A stretch of 64,000 bases of DNA from Candidatus Roizmanbacteria bacterium RIFCSPHIGHO2_12_FULL_37_23. Its GTDB lineage: Bacteria; Patescibacteriota; Microgenomatia; UBA1406; HO2-37-13b. Within the stretch, counting starts at the first letter, position 1. Every line of letters begins with the position of its first letter. This document shows, piece by piece, positions 1 through 9,192 of this stretch. The DNA lies in NCBI GenBank assembly GCA_001788095.1, contig MFZX01000009.1, positions 185 to 64,184 of the forward strand. Reading direction: 5' to 3'. A program made the translations under genes and the position numbers. The notes below the pieces were generated by a model that was given only the letters and a program-made list of their open reading frames with translations, was not told the DNA's origin and ran no database searches.

Positions 1-208
1 ATATGATTATTCTGTCAGGTAAAACGAAACTATAGTTGTTTCCTCGTTTTGTTTGAGGAATACCCTGATAAAAACCGAGGAGTTTCCCCCCGGGAGAATC
101 CCCTTCTTCAAGAATGAATTCTACATTATCAATGTCATTTTTTATCTGAATTGGAAGAGATTCTATTGAGTCGATAATAATCTGTTCAAATTCATCACGG
201 GTTATCAT
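1..208 (-). CDS. Zincin-like metallopeptidase family protein (Zincin_1/DUF1025-like), runs off window edge
   Basis: Not in ORF track. Manual translation from ATG at 208: MITRDEFEQIIIDSIESLPIQIKNDIDNVEFILEEGDSPGGKLLGFYQGIPQTKRGNNYSFVLPDRIII; LLGxYxGxP...LPDRI signature. Confidence 0.8.
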   Translation of the reverse strand, partial: MITRDEFEQIIIDSIESLPIQIKNDIDNVEFILEEGDSPGGKLLGFYQGIPQTKRGNNYSFVLPDRIII

Positions 209-219
209 ATGGGATCGCG

Positions 220-291
220 TCGGGGTGCCGGGAATTGAACCCGGTGCCTCTCGGTCCCGAACCGAGCGTTCTGCCGATGAACTACACCCCG
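220..291 (-). tRNA. tRNA-Pro(CGG), CCA not encoded
   Basis: Cloverleaf CGGGGTG...CACCCCG-A; anticodon arm CTCGG-TTCGGGA-CCGAG; T-loop GGTTCAATTCC. Confidence 0.95.
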
Positions 292-292
292 T

Positions 293-838
293 TTATTGCT
301 TCCCAATAGCTGGCTTGTTTTCGATTGTTTGTCTTCTTCTTTTTTTTCGGGCAAAAAGACCACCTCTTTGCTCTTTTCCTTGTGGTTCCTCTGTTTGCAT
401 TGATGCTTTTCTTTTTTCCTCCTTGTGCTGGATTTTTTGAAGCTCTTCTTCCTCTTCTTTTTTCTTACGCTGGACCTCTTCGTGTTTTCTTTCTCCAATC
501 GCTTCTCGTTCCTCTCGTCTGAGTAGTTCAAACTGTCTCTTGATTGCAACTTGAGGATTTTCATCCACATGTTCTGCCAGCTTTCTTCTTACTTCATCGA
601 GTTCAGGCTTTTCCTTATTTTTAAAATGTTCTCCCATTGCCTCACGCATATTTTCATTAAATGGTGTGTAATTTTGTTGTTTTTTCTCTGGAGAATTTTT
701 AATTTCTTGACCTGTCATTTGTCCAATAATCTCTCGAGAAAGTACTGTGAAATTTTGTTTTACACTCTCGACACTTCTCATTCGCAGGGTCTCCAAGGAC
801 TCAATAGTTTTTTGTTTAATCTTCTGTTTAATAGCCAT
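293..838 (-). CDS. Hypothetical charged coiled-coil protein
   Basis: 181-aa E/K/R-rich ORF in operon-like spacing between the DUF59 gene and tRNA-Pro. Confidence 0.7.
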   Translation of the reverse strand: MAIKQKIKQKTIESLETLRMRSVESVKQNFTVLSREIIGQMTGQEIKNSPEKKQQNYTPFNENMREAMGEHFKNKEKPELDEVRRKLAEHVDENPQVAIKRQFELLRREEREAIGERKHEEVQRKKKEEEEELQKIQHKEEKRKASMQTEEPQGKEQRGGLFARKKRRRQTIENKPAIGKQ

Positions 839-848
839 ATCTCAAAAA

Positions 849-1157
849 TTAAATCCCCATCATCGCCTTGCCTCTTTCTGACATCATATCTATATTCCAA
901 GGAGGATCAAAAACCAATTCAATAGAGATTTTTTTGATTTCTTTAAGAGAATTTACTTTATTTTTAATTTCAGTCTCAATTAAAGTAAATAAAGGACATC
1001 CTAGTGTTGTAAGAGTCATGGTTATATCGATGTTCCCGTTTTTTTCCTTTACCTTATAAATAAGTCCTAGGTCAACGATTGAAATTGAAAGTTCGGGATC
1101 ATGAACTTTTTCCAATTTTTCCCAAACCTTTTTTTCCAGAGGACTTTTCTTAGCCAC
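849..1157 (-). CDS. Metal-sulfur cluster assembly factor (DUF59/SufT/PaaD family)
   Basis: DPE...IVDLGLIY...MTLTTLGCP...VFDPPW motifs. Confidence 0.9.
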   Translation of the reverse strand: MAKKSPLEKKVWEKLEKVHDPELSISIVDLGLIYKVKEKNGNIDITMTLTTLGCPLFTLIETEIKNKVNSLKEIKKISIELVFDPPWNIDMMSERGKAMMGI

Positions 1158-1185
1158 ACCTTATTATAGCAAGATCGCTTGATCT

Positions 1186-1244
1186 CGTATCGGCCTAATA
1201 CCTAATACGTAATACCTAATACGTAATACCTAATACGTAATACG
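1186..1244. repeat. Heptamer tandem repeat (C/G)TAATAC x7 in the DUF59/rnj divergent promoter region
   Basis: ctaatac ctaatac gtaatac ctaatac gtaatac ctaatac gtaatac at 1195-1243, preceded by CGTATCGGC. Confidence 0.95.
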
Positions 1245-1262
1245 ATGCTGTATACTAATACT

Positions 1263-2918
1263 ATGTCTAACTTCAGAGTCCGTTTTATACCCTTAGGCGG
1301 AATTGTTGGTGTTACAAAAAATATGTATGTATATGAATTATACAAGGGTGACAAACTTCAAGATATTATCATTATCGACTGTGGTATAGGTTTTCCTCGA
1401 GAACAAGAATTTGGTGTTGATCATGAAATTCCTGATATCACATATCTTCGAGACAAAACTAAGTTTATTCGTGCCGTTCTTTTTTCCCATGGCCATGAGG
1501 ATCATATAAGTGCATTACGTTTCCATTATGAGGACCTTGGCAAACCTCCTGTTTATGCTAGTAAACTCACAGCGGTGTTTGTTAAAAATAAATTTGATGA
1601 GTTCAGAATCCCAGTAAGAATAAATGATGTTGATTTTACAAAAACATATACCTTAGGTTCATTTGAAGCCAAATTTATCCGTATGACACATTCAATCCCA
1701 GACACAACACACATACTGCTTAAAAGCCCTGTTGGAGCCTTTTATCATGGAAGTGATTATAAGATAGATCTTACTCCTCCGTTTGGACCATCCCCAGATC
1801 TATACGAAATTGCAAAAGCAGGAAAAGATGGAGTTTTATGCCTCTTTTCAGATTGTTTAGGATCTGACCGTGAAGGATTTACGCTTTCAGAGAAGGTTGT
1901 TGGTAAGACGTTTGAGGATGAAATTCGTACTACAAAAGGTAAATTTATTATGACAACCTTTGCTAGTAATATCTCGCGAGTACGACAGTGTGCTGAGGCA
2001 GGAATGAAATTTAATAGAAAGATTTGCCTATTGGGAAGATCTATGAGGGAAAACTCACGAAGCGCGCGTAAAATCGGTTATTTTCCAATCCCTGAAAAGT
2101 TTATGGTAGATGAAAGACAAGTAAACAAGCTCCGACCGAATCAAATATGTATTATTGCAACAGGCTCTCAGGGGCAATTTGGATCTGCACTTTCACGACT
2201 TGCTACAGATCAGCACAAATACATTCGTATTGAAAAGGATGACAAAGTTGTTTTTTCATCAGACCCTATACCTGGGAATGAAGAAGAGGTATACGATATC
2301 ATAGAACGCTTATATGTGCTGGGGGCTGATGTCAGATATTCGGATATTCACGAACAGCTTCATGCGTCTGGTCACGGAAGTCAGGAAGATATGAAAATTC
2401 TTATACGATTACTTAATGCGCGATATGTTATTCCAATAGGAGGGACAATCCGACATCAAAGATTATATTCCCAGCTTGCGCAGACAATGGGATATAAAGA
2501 TGATCAAATTTATCTATTAAATGAGGGTGATACAGTTTGGTTTGAACAAGGGAAGGCTAAGCGAGGAGAGCAAATTAATACAAAAAATATCTATGTTGAT
2601 GCATACGGAGTCGGAGATATAGGAGATACTATTCTTCGGGACCGTATGACACTCTCTAAGGAAGGAATCGTACTTGTTATATTAAAAGTAGATTCTCATA
2701 ATCGTATTGTCGGTTTACCTGAGTTTATCTCTCGAGGATTTATTTACAGTAAAGGAAAACAAGAAATATTTAATCAAGCTGCACAAGAAATTCAAAACAT
2801 GTACAAAGACGTAAAAAAAATTCCGCTAAGAAGAGATATAATTTCCCGATTAGAAAAATACTTTGTTAAAAAGACTAATAAGGAGCCTCTCGTAAGTCTT
2901 CAGATTGTTCGAGTTTAA
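1263..2918 (+). CDS. rnj: Ribonuclease J
   Basis: PLGG, SHGHEDH, HSIPD, ATGSQG, HASGH motifs; start moved to 1263 because TATACT lies 6 nt upstream. Confidence 0.95.
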   Translation: MSNFRVRFIPLGGIVGVTKNMYVYELYKGDKLQDIIIIDCGIGFPREQEFGVDHEIPDITYLRDKTKFIRAVLFSHGHEDHISALRFHYEDLGKPPVYASKLTAVFVKNKFDEFRIPVRINDVDFTKTYTLGSFEAKFIRMTHSIPDTTHILLKSPVGAFYHGSDYKIDLTPPFGPSPDLYEIAKAGKDGVLCLFSDCLGSDREGFTLSEKVVGKTFEDEIRTTKGKFIMTTFASNISRVRQCAEAGMKFNRKICLLGRSMRENSRSARKIGYFPIPEKFMVDERQVNKLRPNQICIIATGSQGQFGSALSRLATDQHKYIRIEKDDKVVFSSDPIPGNEEEVYDIIERLYVLGADVRYSDIHEQLHASGHGSQEDMKILIRLLNARYVIPIGGTIRHQRLYSQLAQTMGYKDDQIYLLNEGDTVWFEQGKAKRGEQINTKNIYVDAYGVGDIGDTILRDRMTLSKEGIVLVILKVDSHNRIVGLPEFISRGFIYSKGKQEIFNQAAQEIQNMYKDVKKIPLRRDIISRLEKYFVKKTNKEPLVSLQIVRV

Positions 2919-3535
2919 AAATCTTTTCTTCCCTCCAATGATCGTTTAAGCGTCATGTAGTCAGCGTATTCAAGATCTCCTCCTATAGGAAGACCATATG
3001 CTAGACGAGTTATTTTGACATGATTCAACTCTCCGTCAAATGTATCAGTGAGTTGTTTTTTGATGTACATTGCAGTTGCTTCACCTTCAGTATTAGGATT
3101 CGTCGCAAGTATAATTTCTTGTATTTTATTCTTTTCCTTCTTTATTCGATGGATAAACTGCGGAATATAAATATCATCCGGGCCAATATAATTCAGTGGA
3201 TCGATTCGACCGTGTAAAACGTGATATACGCCTTGATAATGATGTCCAGTTTCAAAAGATAGAAGATCAAGAACGTCTTCAACAACTGCAACAACTGAAT
3301 TATCGCGTTGCGTATCCTGACATATTGAACACAACTCCGTCTCAGAAAGATGGAAACAGCGCTTGCAGTACATGAGATTTATTTTTAACTGACTGATATG
3401 TTTACTAATCTCTTCGAGTTCTTGCTGGGGCATGCGCAAGAGATAAAATCCCAGCCTCTTCGCCGTTTTAGGACCAATCCCCGGTAATTTCTCAAAAAAA
3501 TCAATAGTTTTCTGTAGGTCTTTGGGAATATTCAT
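2915..3535 (-). CDS. recR: Recombination mediator RecR
   Basis: LPGIGPKTAKRL HhH, CxxC-CxxC Zn finger, YHVLHG, ATNPNTEGEATA Toprim. Confidence 0.97.
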   Translation of the reverse strand: MNIPKDLQKTIDFFEKLPGIGPKTAKRLGFYLLRMPQQELEEISKHISQLKINLMYCKRCFHLSETELCSICQDTQRDNSVVAVVEDVLDLLSFETGHHYQGVYHVLHGRIDPLNYIGPDDIYIPQFIHRIKKEKNKIQEIILATNPNTEGEATAMYIKKQLTDTFDGELNHVKITRLAYGLPIGGDLEYADYMTLKRSLEGRKDF

Positions 3536-3540
3536 GCGCT

Positions 3541-3617
3541 TTACGTGTTACGTATTATGTATAACGTATTAAGTATTATACGTATCGTCCTAATACATCA
3601 TACCTAATACCTAGGAC
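3541..3617. repeat. Degenerate heptamer arrays in inverted orientation between prs and recR
   Basis: ttacgtg ttacgta ttatgta taacgta ttaagta ... ctaatac atcatac ctaatac ctaggac; same unit as 1195-1243. Confidence 0.8.
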
Positions 3618-4562
3618 TCATGTCAAATATCGTAGTTCATCTGCAAGTAGTGGTGCAATAGAGGTTTCCTCAAGTTTTTTAAATCGTTGTTGCGGGAATA
3701 GAGCGATAGTATCAGTTGTAAAGATTCTTATAAAATTCGATGATTCAAGTTTTTCCTCAGCACCATGAGCAAAATCATGATGAGTAATAGCAGCATATAC
3801 TCCTTTTACATCGTATTCAGATAACAAAAAATCAACTGCTGAAATAAGAGTTGATCCAGAAACGATCATGTCATCGACTATAATTACATGTTTTCCTTTT
3901 ACATCACCATAAAGCCCGAATGATTTTACCTTATTAAGTACATCTTGATTACGTTTTTTCTCAACGACACTGAGAGGAAAGCTCGTGGTTCCAAAAAAAG
4001 CTTCACCAAAATTCCTACTGAGCTCAATAGCACCTTGGTCTGGAGCTAAAATAGCAATATTTTCAGGTGTTAGAGTGGTAATCTTCTTTTTTACAAAGTA
4101 TTTCTTTACTTGGTGAGCTAGTAATGGAGCAGCAAAAATATGTTTAAAGGGAATTGAGAAGGCTCCTTCAGTTGCTTCATTATGTAAATCAACAGTATAA
4201 ATTTTATTAAAACCAATGGACTCGAGAAATCGTATAACAACATTTGCTGAAACGCACTCACCTTCTCTGTGTTGAATATCTTGTCGTGCATACCCAAACC
4301 ATGGAATGACACCTATCACTTTACGTGCTTCCTGCCTTTTTAATGCATCACAAAAAAAGAAAAGTTCCATCAAGCGAGTGTCAGTAGGATTCGATGTTGA
4401 TTGGATGACAACACATATTTCATTTTTTACGTCTTCCTCGATGCGAACACGCACTTCTGAGTTGTCAAATCGAACAATTTCAGCCTTTGAAAGAGTTAGT
4501 CCGAGCTTCTGAGCCACTTTTTTTGACAATTCGATATTTGAACTTCCCGAAAAGAGCTTCAT
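3618..4562 (-). CDS. prs: Ribose-phosphate pyrophosphokinase
   Basis: GYARQD, VDLH, APDQG, VDDMIVSGSTL PRPP-binding loop. Confidence 0.95.
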   Translation of the reverse strand: MKLFSGSSNIELSKKVAQKLGLTLSKAEIVRFDNSEVRVRIEEDVKNEICVVIQSTSNPTDTRLMELFFFCDALKRQEARKVIGVIPWFGYARQDIQHREGECVSANVVIRFLESIGFNKIYTVDLHNEATEGAFSIPFKHIFAAPLLAHQVKKYFVKKKITTLTPENIAILAPDQGAIELSRNFGEAFFGTTSFPLSVVEKKRNQDVLNKVKSFGLYGDVKGKHVIIVDDMIVSGSTLISAVDFLLSEYDVKGVYAAITHHDFAHGAEEKLESSNFIRIFTTDTIALFPQQRFKKLEETSIAPLLADELRYLT

Positions 4563-4564
4563 AA

Positions 4565-4825
4565 TTATTCGGATTGTGTCATTTCGATTAATTTTCTTGC
4601 TGCTAGTTCTTGAGTTTTTTTAACAGCTTCATTGATTGCATCTGCAATTCTATTATCTAAAACTCCATCAATTTCAATTTCCTTAACCTGTTGATCACCT
4701 CTTAATACAACTCGAATACCATCTTTTTCTACAATAACTTCTTCTTGTTGAAGAGCCTGCTGCATCTGTTGGGCTTGCTGCTGCATTTTTCGTAAGTCTC
4801 CTAATCCTTTAAGTGGGTTTATCAT
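4565..4825 (-). CDS. ybaB: YbaB/EbfC nucleoid-associated protein
   Basis: MQQQAQQMQ helix and AINEA motif; follows dnaX; SD AAGGAGGTG upstream. Confidence 0.85.
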   Translation of the reverse strand: MINPLKGLGDLRKMQQQAQQMQQALQQEEVIVEKDGIRVVLRGDQQVKEIEIDGVLDNRIADAINEAVKKTQELAARKLIEMTQSE

Positions 4826-4848
4826 ATATACACCTCCTTAAAAATTAC

Positions 4849-5895
4849 TCAATTTAAGTCATTTTCTTCTCCCAGATATTCAATAACAGCAATCTCAAGT
4901 GGCAGTGCTTCAATCGGTGAAAATTTTAATTGATTATATGCCTTTTGAAATAATTGTATTAATCGAGCGATGTCTTTAATCCTAAAATTATACTCAGTTT
5001 GAGGATGAACTTCAATTCTATTTTTTATCAAGAGTTGTTGATGAAGAGATTGAAGAAGTGATTCGATAAGAAGTTTGAAATCCGTTCCGTGCTCTGCAGA
5101 ATTTTCAAGCCATTTTAAAGCTTCTACAGCATTTTTTTTGCTTAAAAAATCTAAGAGATCTCCCTTTACCCATGAATGTCCAAGGATTTTTTTAATTCCA
5201 TCTAAGTTGGTATCATTTTGGATAACTGCAAGCTCAAGGATCTTCGCTGCATCTCTAAAAGATCCATCAGCTGAATCAGCAATGTATGTTTTTGATTCAT
5301 GTGTGAGTTTAATTTTTTCGGATGTACTAATTCTATCAAGCATTGAAATTATATCTTCCCTTTTTGCTTTTGAAAAATTGATTTGAATACATCGAGATAT
5401 TATAGTTTTTGGTAGTTTACCTGCTTCTGTTGTTGCGAGTATAAACACAGTTGATTCCGGAGGTTCTTCAAGACTTTTCAAAAGTGCATTAAATGCCTCT
5501 TTTGTCAGCATATGAACTTCATCAATAATATAAATTTTATAACGCGACGTTAAAGGCATAAATTTTAGGTCCGAAATTAACAGTCTAATATCATCTATTT
5601 TTCTGTTTGATGCCGCATCCATTTCTATGACATCGGGAGAAATTCCTTTGGTTATAGCGCTCACGTTTTTATCTGTTAATGATGGCGTAAGTGTTTTCAG
5701 TTTCTTAATATTTTCTTCGCAATTCAAAACCTTTGCAAGGATACGCGCTGTCGAGGTTTTGCCTGTACCTTTTGGTCCAGTAAATAAAAAAGCGTGGGGA
5801 ATATTGGAAGCCTTTAAAATAGCAATCAGTTGATCGCGAACGGATTTTGAATCGAGTTCCTTAATACTTTGTGGCCGATATTTAAGGTAAAACAC
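4849..5895 (-). CDS. dnaX: DNA polymerase III subunit gamma/tau (short form)
   Basis: KYRP, GPKGTGKTS, EMDAASN, IIDEVHML, SRC motifs. Confidence 0.95.
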   Translation of the reverse strand: MFYLKYRPQSIKELDSKSVRDQLIAILKASNIPHAFLFTGPKGTGKTSTARILAKVLNCEENIKKLKTLTPSLTDKNVSAITKGISPDVIEMDAASNRKIDDIRLLISDLKFMPLTSRYKIYIIDEVHMLTKEAFNALLKSLEEPPESTVFILATTEAGKLPKTIISRCIQINFSKAKREDIISMLDRISTSEKIKLTHESKTYIADSADGSFRDAAKILELAVIQNDTNLDGIKKILGHSWVKGDLLDFLSKKNAVEALKWLENSAEHGTDFKLLIESLLQSLHQQLLIKNRIEVHPQTEYNFRIKDIARLIQLFQKAYNQLKFSPIEALPLEIAVIEYLGEENDLN

Positions 5896-5926
5896 GTATT
5901 ATTTACTAATTTCTAATTCTTTTACT

Positions 5927-6262
5927 TCAACTTACAATATTGTCTATACCATGCGTTAATAGTTGCATGATAGTTTCATCAACTCCTCTATCTCTTTCTG
6001 CAGCAAGTAGTATTGCCTGTGGATAACAGATAAAGATTTCTCCAAGCAATTCATTCTCTCCATACCTAAAAGATAAAACAGGAAGAGCTTCGTTTTCACT
6101 TTTAAAATCTTGTGCAATTTTTTTCATCTTTCTCGTTCCAATAAAAACAATATTTACCACCATATCGTGGTTTACGCGTTGTCTTTGAAGGTACGATTCA
6201 GCAGCTTGCACAATGCTAGAACGGTCAATTTTATACCGTGAGGTGGTAAATACTTTCACCAT
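5927..6262 (-). CDS. ybeY: YbeY-like protein, C-terminally truncated
   Basis: VLSF, LGEIFIC, LLTHG motifs; the H-x3-H-x5-H triad is incomplete. Confidence 0.75.
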   Translation of the reverse strand: MVKVFTTSRYKIDRSSIVQAAESYLQRQRVNHDMVVNIVFIGTRKMKKIAQDFKSENEALPVLSFRYGENELLGEIFICYPQAILLAAERDRGVDETIMQLLTHGIDNIVS

Positions 6263-6263
6263 A

Positions 6264-6461
6264 TTACCTGGAAAATCTCTTTTTTTGCATGGCTTTTCTT
6301 TTGAGCTTATCCTTCATTTTCTCCTTTTTTAAGAGCGATGGTTTTAGATAGTATTTTTTCTTATTTACATCAAATGCAATATTTTCTTCTTTCGTGATCT
6401 TAGTGAATCGTTTCAAGAGAGTGTCTGTATTTTCGCCTCTTTTCTTCTTGACCACAACCAT
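6264..6461 (-). CDS. rpsU: 30S ribosomal protein bS21
   Basis: V.V...E..D.LLKRF...YYLKPS basic protein; strong SD. Confidence 0.9.
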   Translation of the reverse strand: MVVVKKKRGENTDTLLKRFTKITKEENIAFDVNKKKYYLKPSLLKKEKMKDKLKRKAMQKKRFSR

Positions 6462-6557
6462 CCTAAGTACACCTCCTTTAAGGAATGTAAACGAACTATT
6501 AAATCGAGATTACAAGTTATTATATTGCTTGAGTGCTTAAAAAACAAGAAGTCAGTG

Positions 6558-7397
6558 TCATGTAATATGTTTTGTTATCTCAATAATTCTGTTAAGGGAG
6601 AGCTTTGTTGCTTTGAAATTTCTATTTTTTGAGGAAATATTTAACAACATTTTTCCTGATGGATGATAATACCAGGTTGCTATGTCATCTTCCTTTGTAA
6701 GCAAAGCATGGAGTTTATTAAGATTCTTTTTTGACTTTGGATGAAGCTTTATCCGCACGTGTCCATGTTGCTTTGATTTACGAATTGCCATCTCAAATCC
6801 TCTTTTAGCAGCGAGTTGCAAGATTTCATCATTTTCGGTTTCAACAGCTAGTGTTTTTCCCCAATAGGAAGTATATGAATGGCCTTGTGTGTCTATGATT
6901 TCCTCAGCGTGGATTTTATTTTTTAGATTAATTAATACTCCATCTAAGAGCGGTTCGCATACACGCATGACTTCCCCATCATCCTGAAGTTTGATACGGA
7001 GTCCTGCAATAGCTGATTTAAGAGAAAAATCGTGCATGTCGTCATTTGGTTCATCCAAAAAGACTTCTCGGAAGTGATCGTATCGGTTTATAACATCAAC
7101 AAGACGTTGAAGAGCTGGGATGTCGCTATTTTTTAAGTGTTTTTTGTACGATAGATATTCGAAAACCAACGTAGCAGCACATGTATCTTCATTCCCCTGG
7201 TGATGATCAAATCTTCCGAAACCAGTATCAACATGTATGATATTTGTATCCGTATCAACAGGAGCTTTGTGTAGTGTCTCACCTGCAGGAACAAATTTGA
7301 AAACTGCCTCTTTCCATCCAGGCAAAAATTGGTGAATAAGCCAAACTGAAGTTATTGCGTCAATGTCAGGCGAGGTATGAGTTACAATAGTTTTCAT
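6558..7397 (-). CDS. DHH-superfamily (MYG1-like) phosphoesterase
   Basis: THxxPDxD and DTGxGxFDHHQ motifs. Confidence 0.7.
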   Translation of the reverse strand: MKTIVTHTSPDIDAITSVWLIHQFLPGWKEAVFKFVPAGETLHKAPVDTDTNIIHVDTGFGRFDHHQGNEDTCAATLVFEYLSYKKHLKNSDIPALQRLVDVINRYDHFREVFLDEPNDDMHDFSLKSAIAGLRIKLQDDGEVMRVCEPLLDGVLINLKNKIHAEEIIDTQGHSYTSYWGKTLAVETENDEILQLAAKRGFEMAIRKSKQHGHVRIKLHPKSKKNLNKLHALLTKEDDIATWYYHPSGKMLLNISSKNRNFKATKLSLNRIIEITKHIT

Positions 7398-7402
7398 GTA
7401 TA

Positions 7403-8650
7403 TTATGCAGAATAAAAGTCTTTTAACTTTTTTATGATCTCAGTAGCTGAGAAAAGATTGATTTTATCGTCGTCTCTCAACTTCCATTCGACATTTTTTT
7501 TTGTTTTTTCCGAAACAACAAGTCTCACGGGTGATCCAATAAGCTCAGAAGTCATAAATTTTTCTCCTGCTGAGACATCTTCCCGATCATCATATAAGAT
7601 ATCAAACCCCTCGGCTTTTAGAGTGCGATATATGAGATCAGCATATGAGGAGTCATGTTTTGAAAGATTGATCAGCTGCGCGTGAAATGGTGTTACTGAA
7701 AGAGGCCACTGAATGAGATCATCCTTATGATGAACTTCAACAATAGCACCTAGCAATCTCGTTATGCCTATACCATAACAACCCATGACAATTGGGCGGT
7801 TTTCACCATTTTTATCAACATACGTAAGTTTAAATGAATTACTAAACCGGGTATGTAAATCAAATATGTTTCCAATTTCAACAGCTTTATCTGTTTTAAC
7901 ATCGCTACTTCCGCACAATGGACATTTCTTCAGATTACCTTGAATCACTTCTTCATTTTGAGCAAAACTACACGCTCCACAGTACACAAGGTTCACCTCA
8001 CCGGCTGGTGTAAGAACATTAAATTCATGCGAGTGTTTCTTACTAAAATCCCCTCCTGATGCTTCTGTTATTTTTATATCTGTAAATCCACATGTCTGGA
8101 ATATTTTTATATACGCATCTGATACCTTCTGATAATATGCATCTAAATCCTGCTGATGTGCATGAAACGAATATAAATCTTTCATTCCAAATTCTCTTCC
8201 TCTTAAAATTCCTGACTTAGGTCGGGGCTCATCTCTAAATTTTGTGCCAATTTGGTAAAGTGCCAGAGGTAAATCTCTGTAACTTTTTATATATTTTTTT
8301 GCAAGAGGAGTTACGATTTCTTCATGTGAAGCTCCGAGAGCATATTCATAACTGTGTCGACTATTGACTTTGAATAATATGTCTACACTGTTCCATCTTT
8401 CGGTTTGTTCCCAAAGTGATTTAGGATGAAGCGAGGGCATACGTATTTCTAGAGCTCCAATTTCATTCATCTCATTTCGGATAATCGCTTCTATCTTTTT
8501 CAACACTCGATCGCCAGCGGGAAGTATAGTGAAAATACCACTTGCAACTTGATCAATAAATCCCGCTCTTGTGAGTAATTCATGATTTACTGATTCAAAC
8601 TCGCGTGCTGTATCTTTAATTGATTTGATATAGTTTTGAGAAATACGCAT
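7403..8650 (-). CDS. proS: Proline--tRNA ligase, short form lacking the editing insertion
   Basis: HEE, KFRDEPRP, REFGMKDLYSF, MGCYGIGITR, DDR anticodon-binding domain. Confidence 0.96.
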   Translation of the reverse strand: MRISQNYIKSIKDTAREFESVNHELLTRAGFIDQVASGIFTILPAGDRVLKKIEAIIRNEMNEIGALEIRMPSLHPKSLWEQTERWNSVDILFKVNSRHSYEYALGASHEEIVTPLAKKYIKSYRDLPLALYQIGTKFRDEPRPKSGILRGREFGMKDLYSFHAHQQDLDAYYQKVSDAYIKIFQTCGFTDIKITEASGGDFSKKHSHEFNVLTPAGEVNLVYCGACSFAQNEEVIQGNLKKCPLCGSSDVKTDKAVEIGNIFDLHTRFSNSFKLTYVDKNGENRPIVMGCYGIGITRLLGAIVEVHHKDDLIQWPLSVTPFHAQLINLSKHDSSYADLIYRTLKAEGFDILYDDREDVSAGEKFMTSELIGSPVRLVVSEKTKKNVEWKLRDDDKINLFSATEIIKKLKDFYSA

Positions 8651-9192
8651 TATGTATGTTTTAATTTTTGTAAAACCTTCGAAACTATTTCATCAGGTTT
8701 TTTTCCCGATGTATCGATTACCATATTATAATGCTTAGGATCAAAAATATCATGACGACCATGTATTTCCTGTATTTTTTCTAAAACTTTCTTTTCTCTA
8801 TGTAATACTCTTTTCCTTGCTTGTAAAAAAGAAATATTTTCTCTTTGAGCAAATCGAGTAAAACGTTCCACATCATCACATATAAGCAAAATTTTTAATA
8901 CATCTTTTATGCCGTGAGACATGATTCCGCCCATCCATGCATCAATGACGATATGAGAATTTCCCTTAAGCACATCCCTTATCATGTTGTCAATTTTATT
9001 AGTCATTTTTTTACTCTGTTCCTGTGCGTCCTCGATAGCAAGATGATGGTCCCGAGCATAAGATCGTAAATATTGCCCTGAAGAAAAGGTATCCCATCCT
9101 AGTGCTTTAACGAGATTTTGAACCAGCGTAGATTTCCCAGTGCAGATACGTCCAGAGACAACAATTTTAGAATATTTAGGTTTTTCTTCCAT
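8650..9192 (-). CDS. Cytidylate kinase-like NMP kinase (archaeal Cmk type)
   Basis: SGRICTGKST P-loop, SSGQYLR, R...R.A.RE lid, YNMVIDTS; start set at MEEKP (9192). Confidence 0.8.
   Translation of the reverse strand: MEEKPKYSKIVVSGRICTGKSTLVQNLVKALGWDTFSSGQYLRSYARDHHLAIEDAQEQSKKMTNKIDNMIRDVLKGNSHIVIDAWMGGIMSHGIKDVLKILLICDDVERFTRFAQRENISFLQARKRVLHREKKVLEKIQEIHGRHDIFDPKHYNMVIDTSGKKPDEIVSKVLQKLKHT

Noticed and set aside
205..570. 121-aa basic ORF and other short ORFs over tRNA-Pro
   Set aside because: Alternative or antisense frames of the 293-838 gene and the tRNA; no independent signal.
1195..1243. Possible CRISPR array
   Set aside because: 7-nt units with no spacers and no cas genes.
5896..5926. 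Weak heptamer-like periodicity between ybeY and dnaX
   Set aside because: Too short and degenerate in an AT-rich background.
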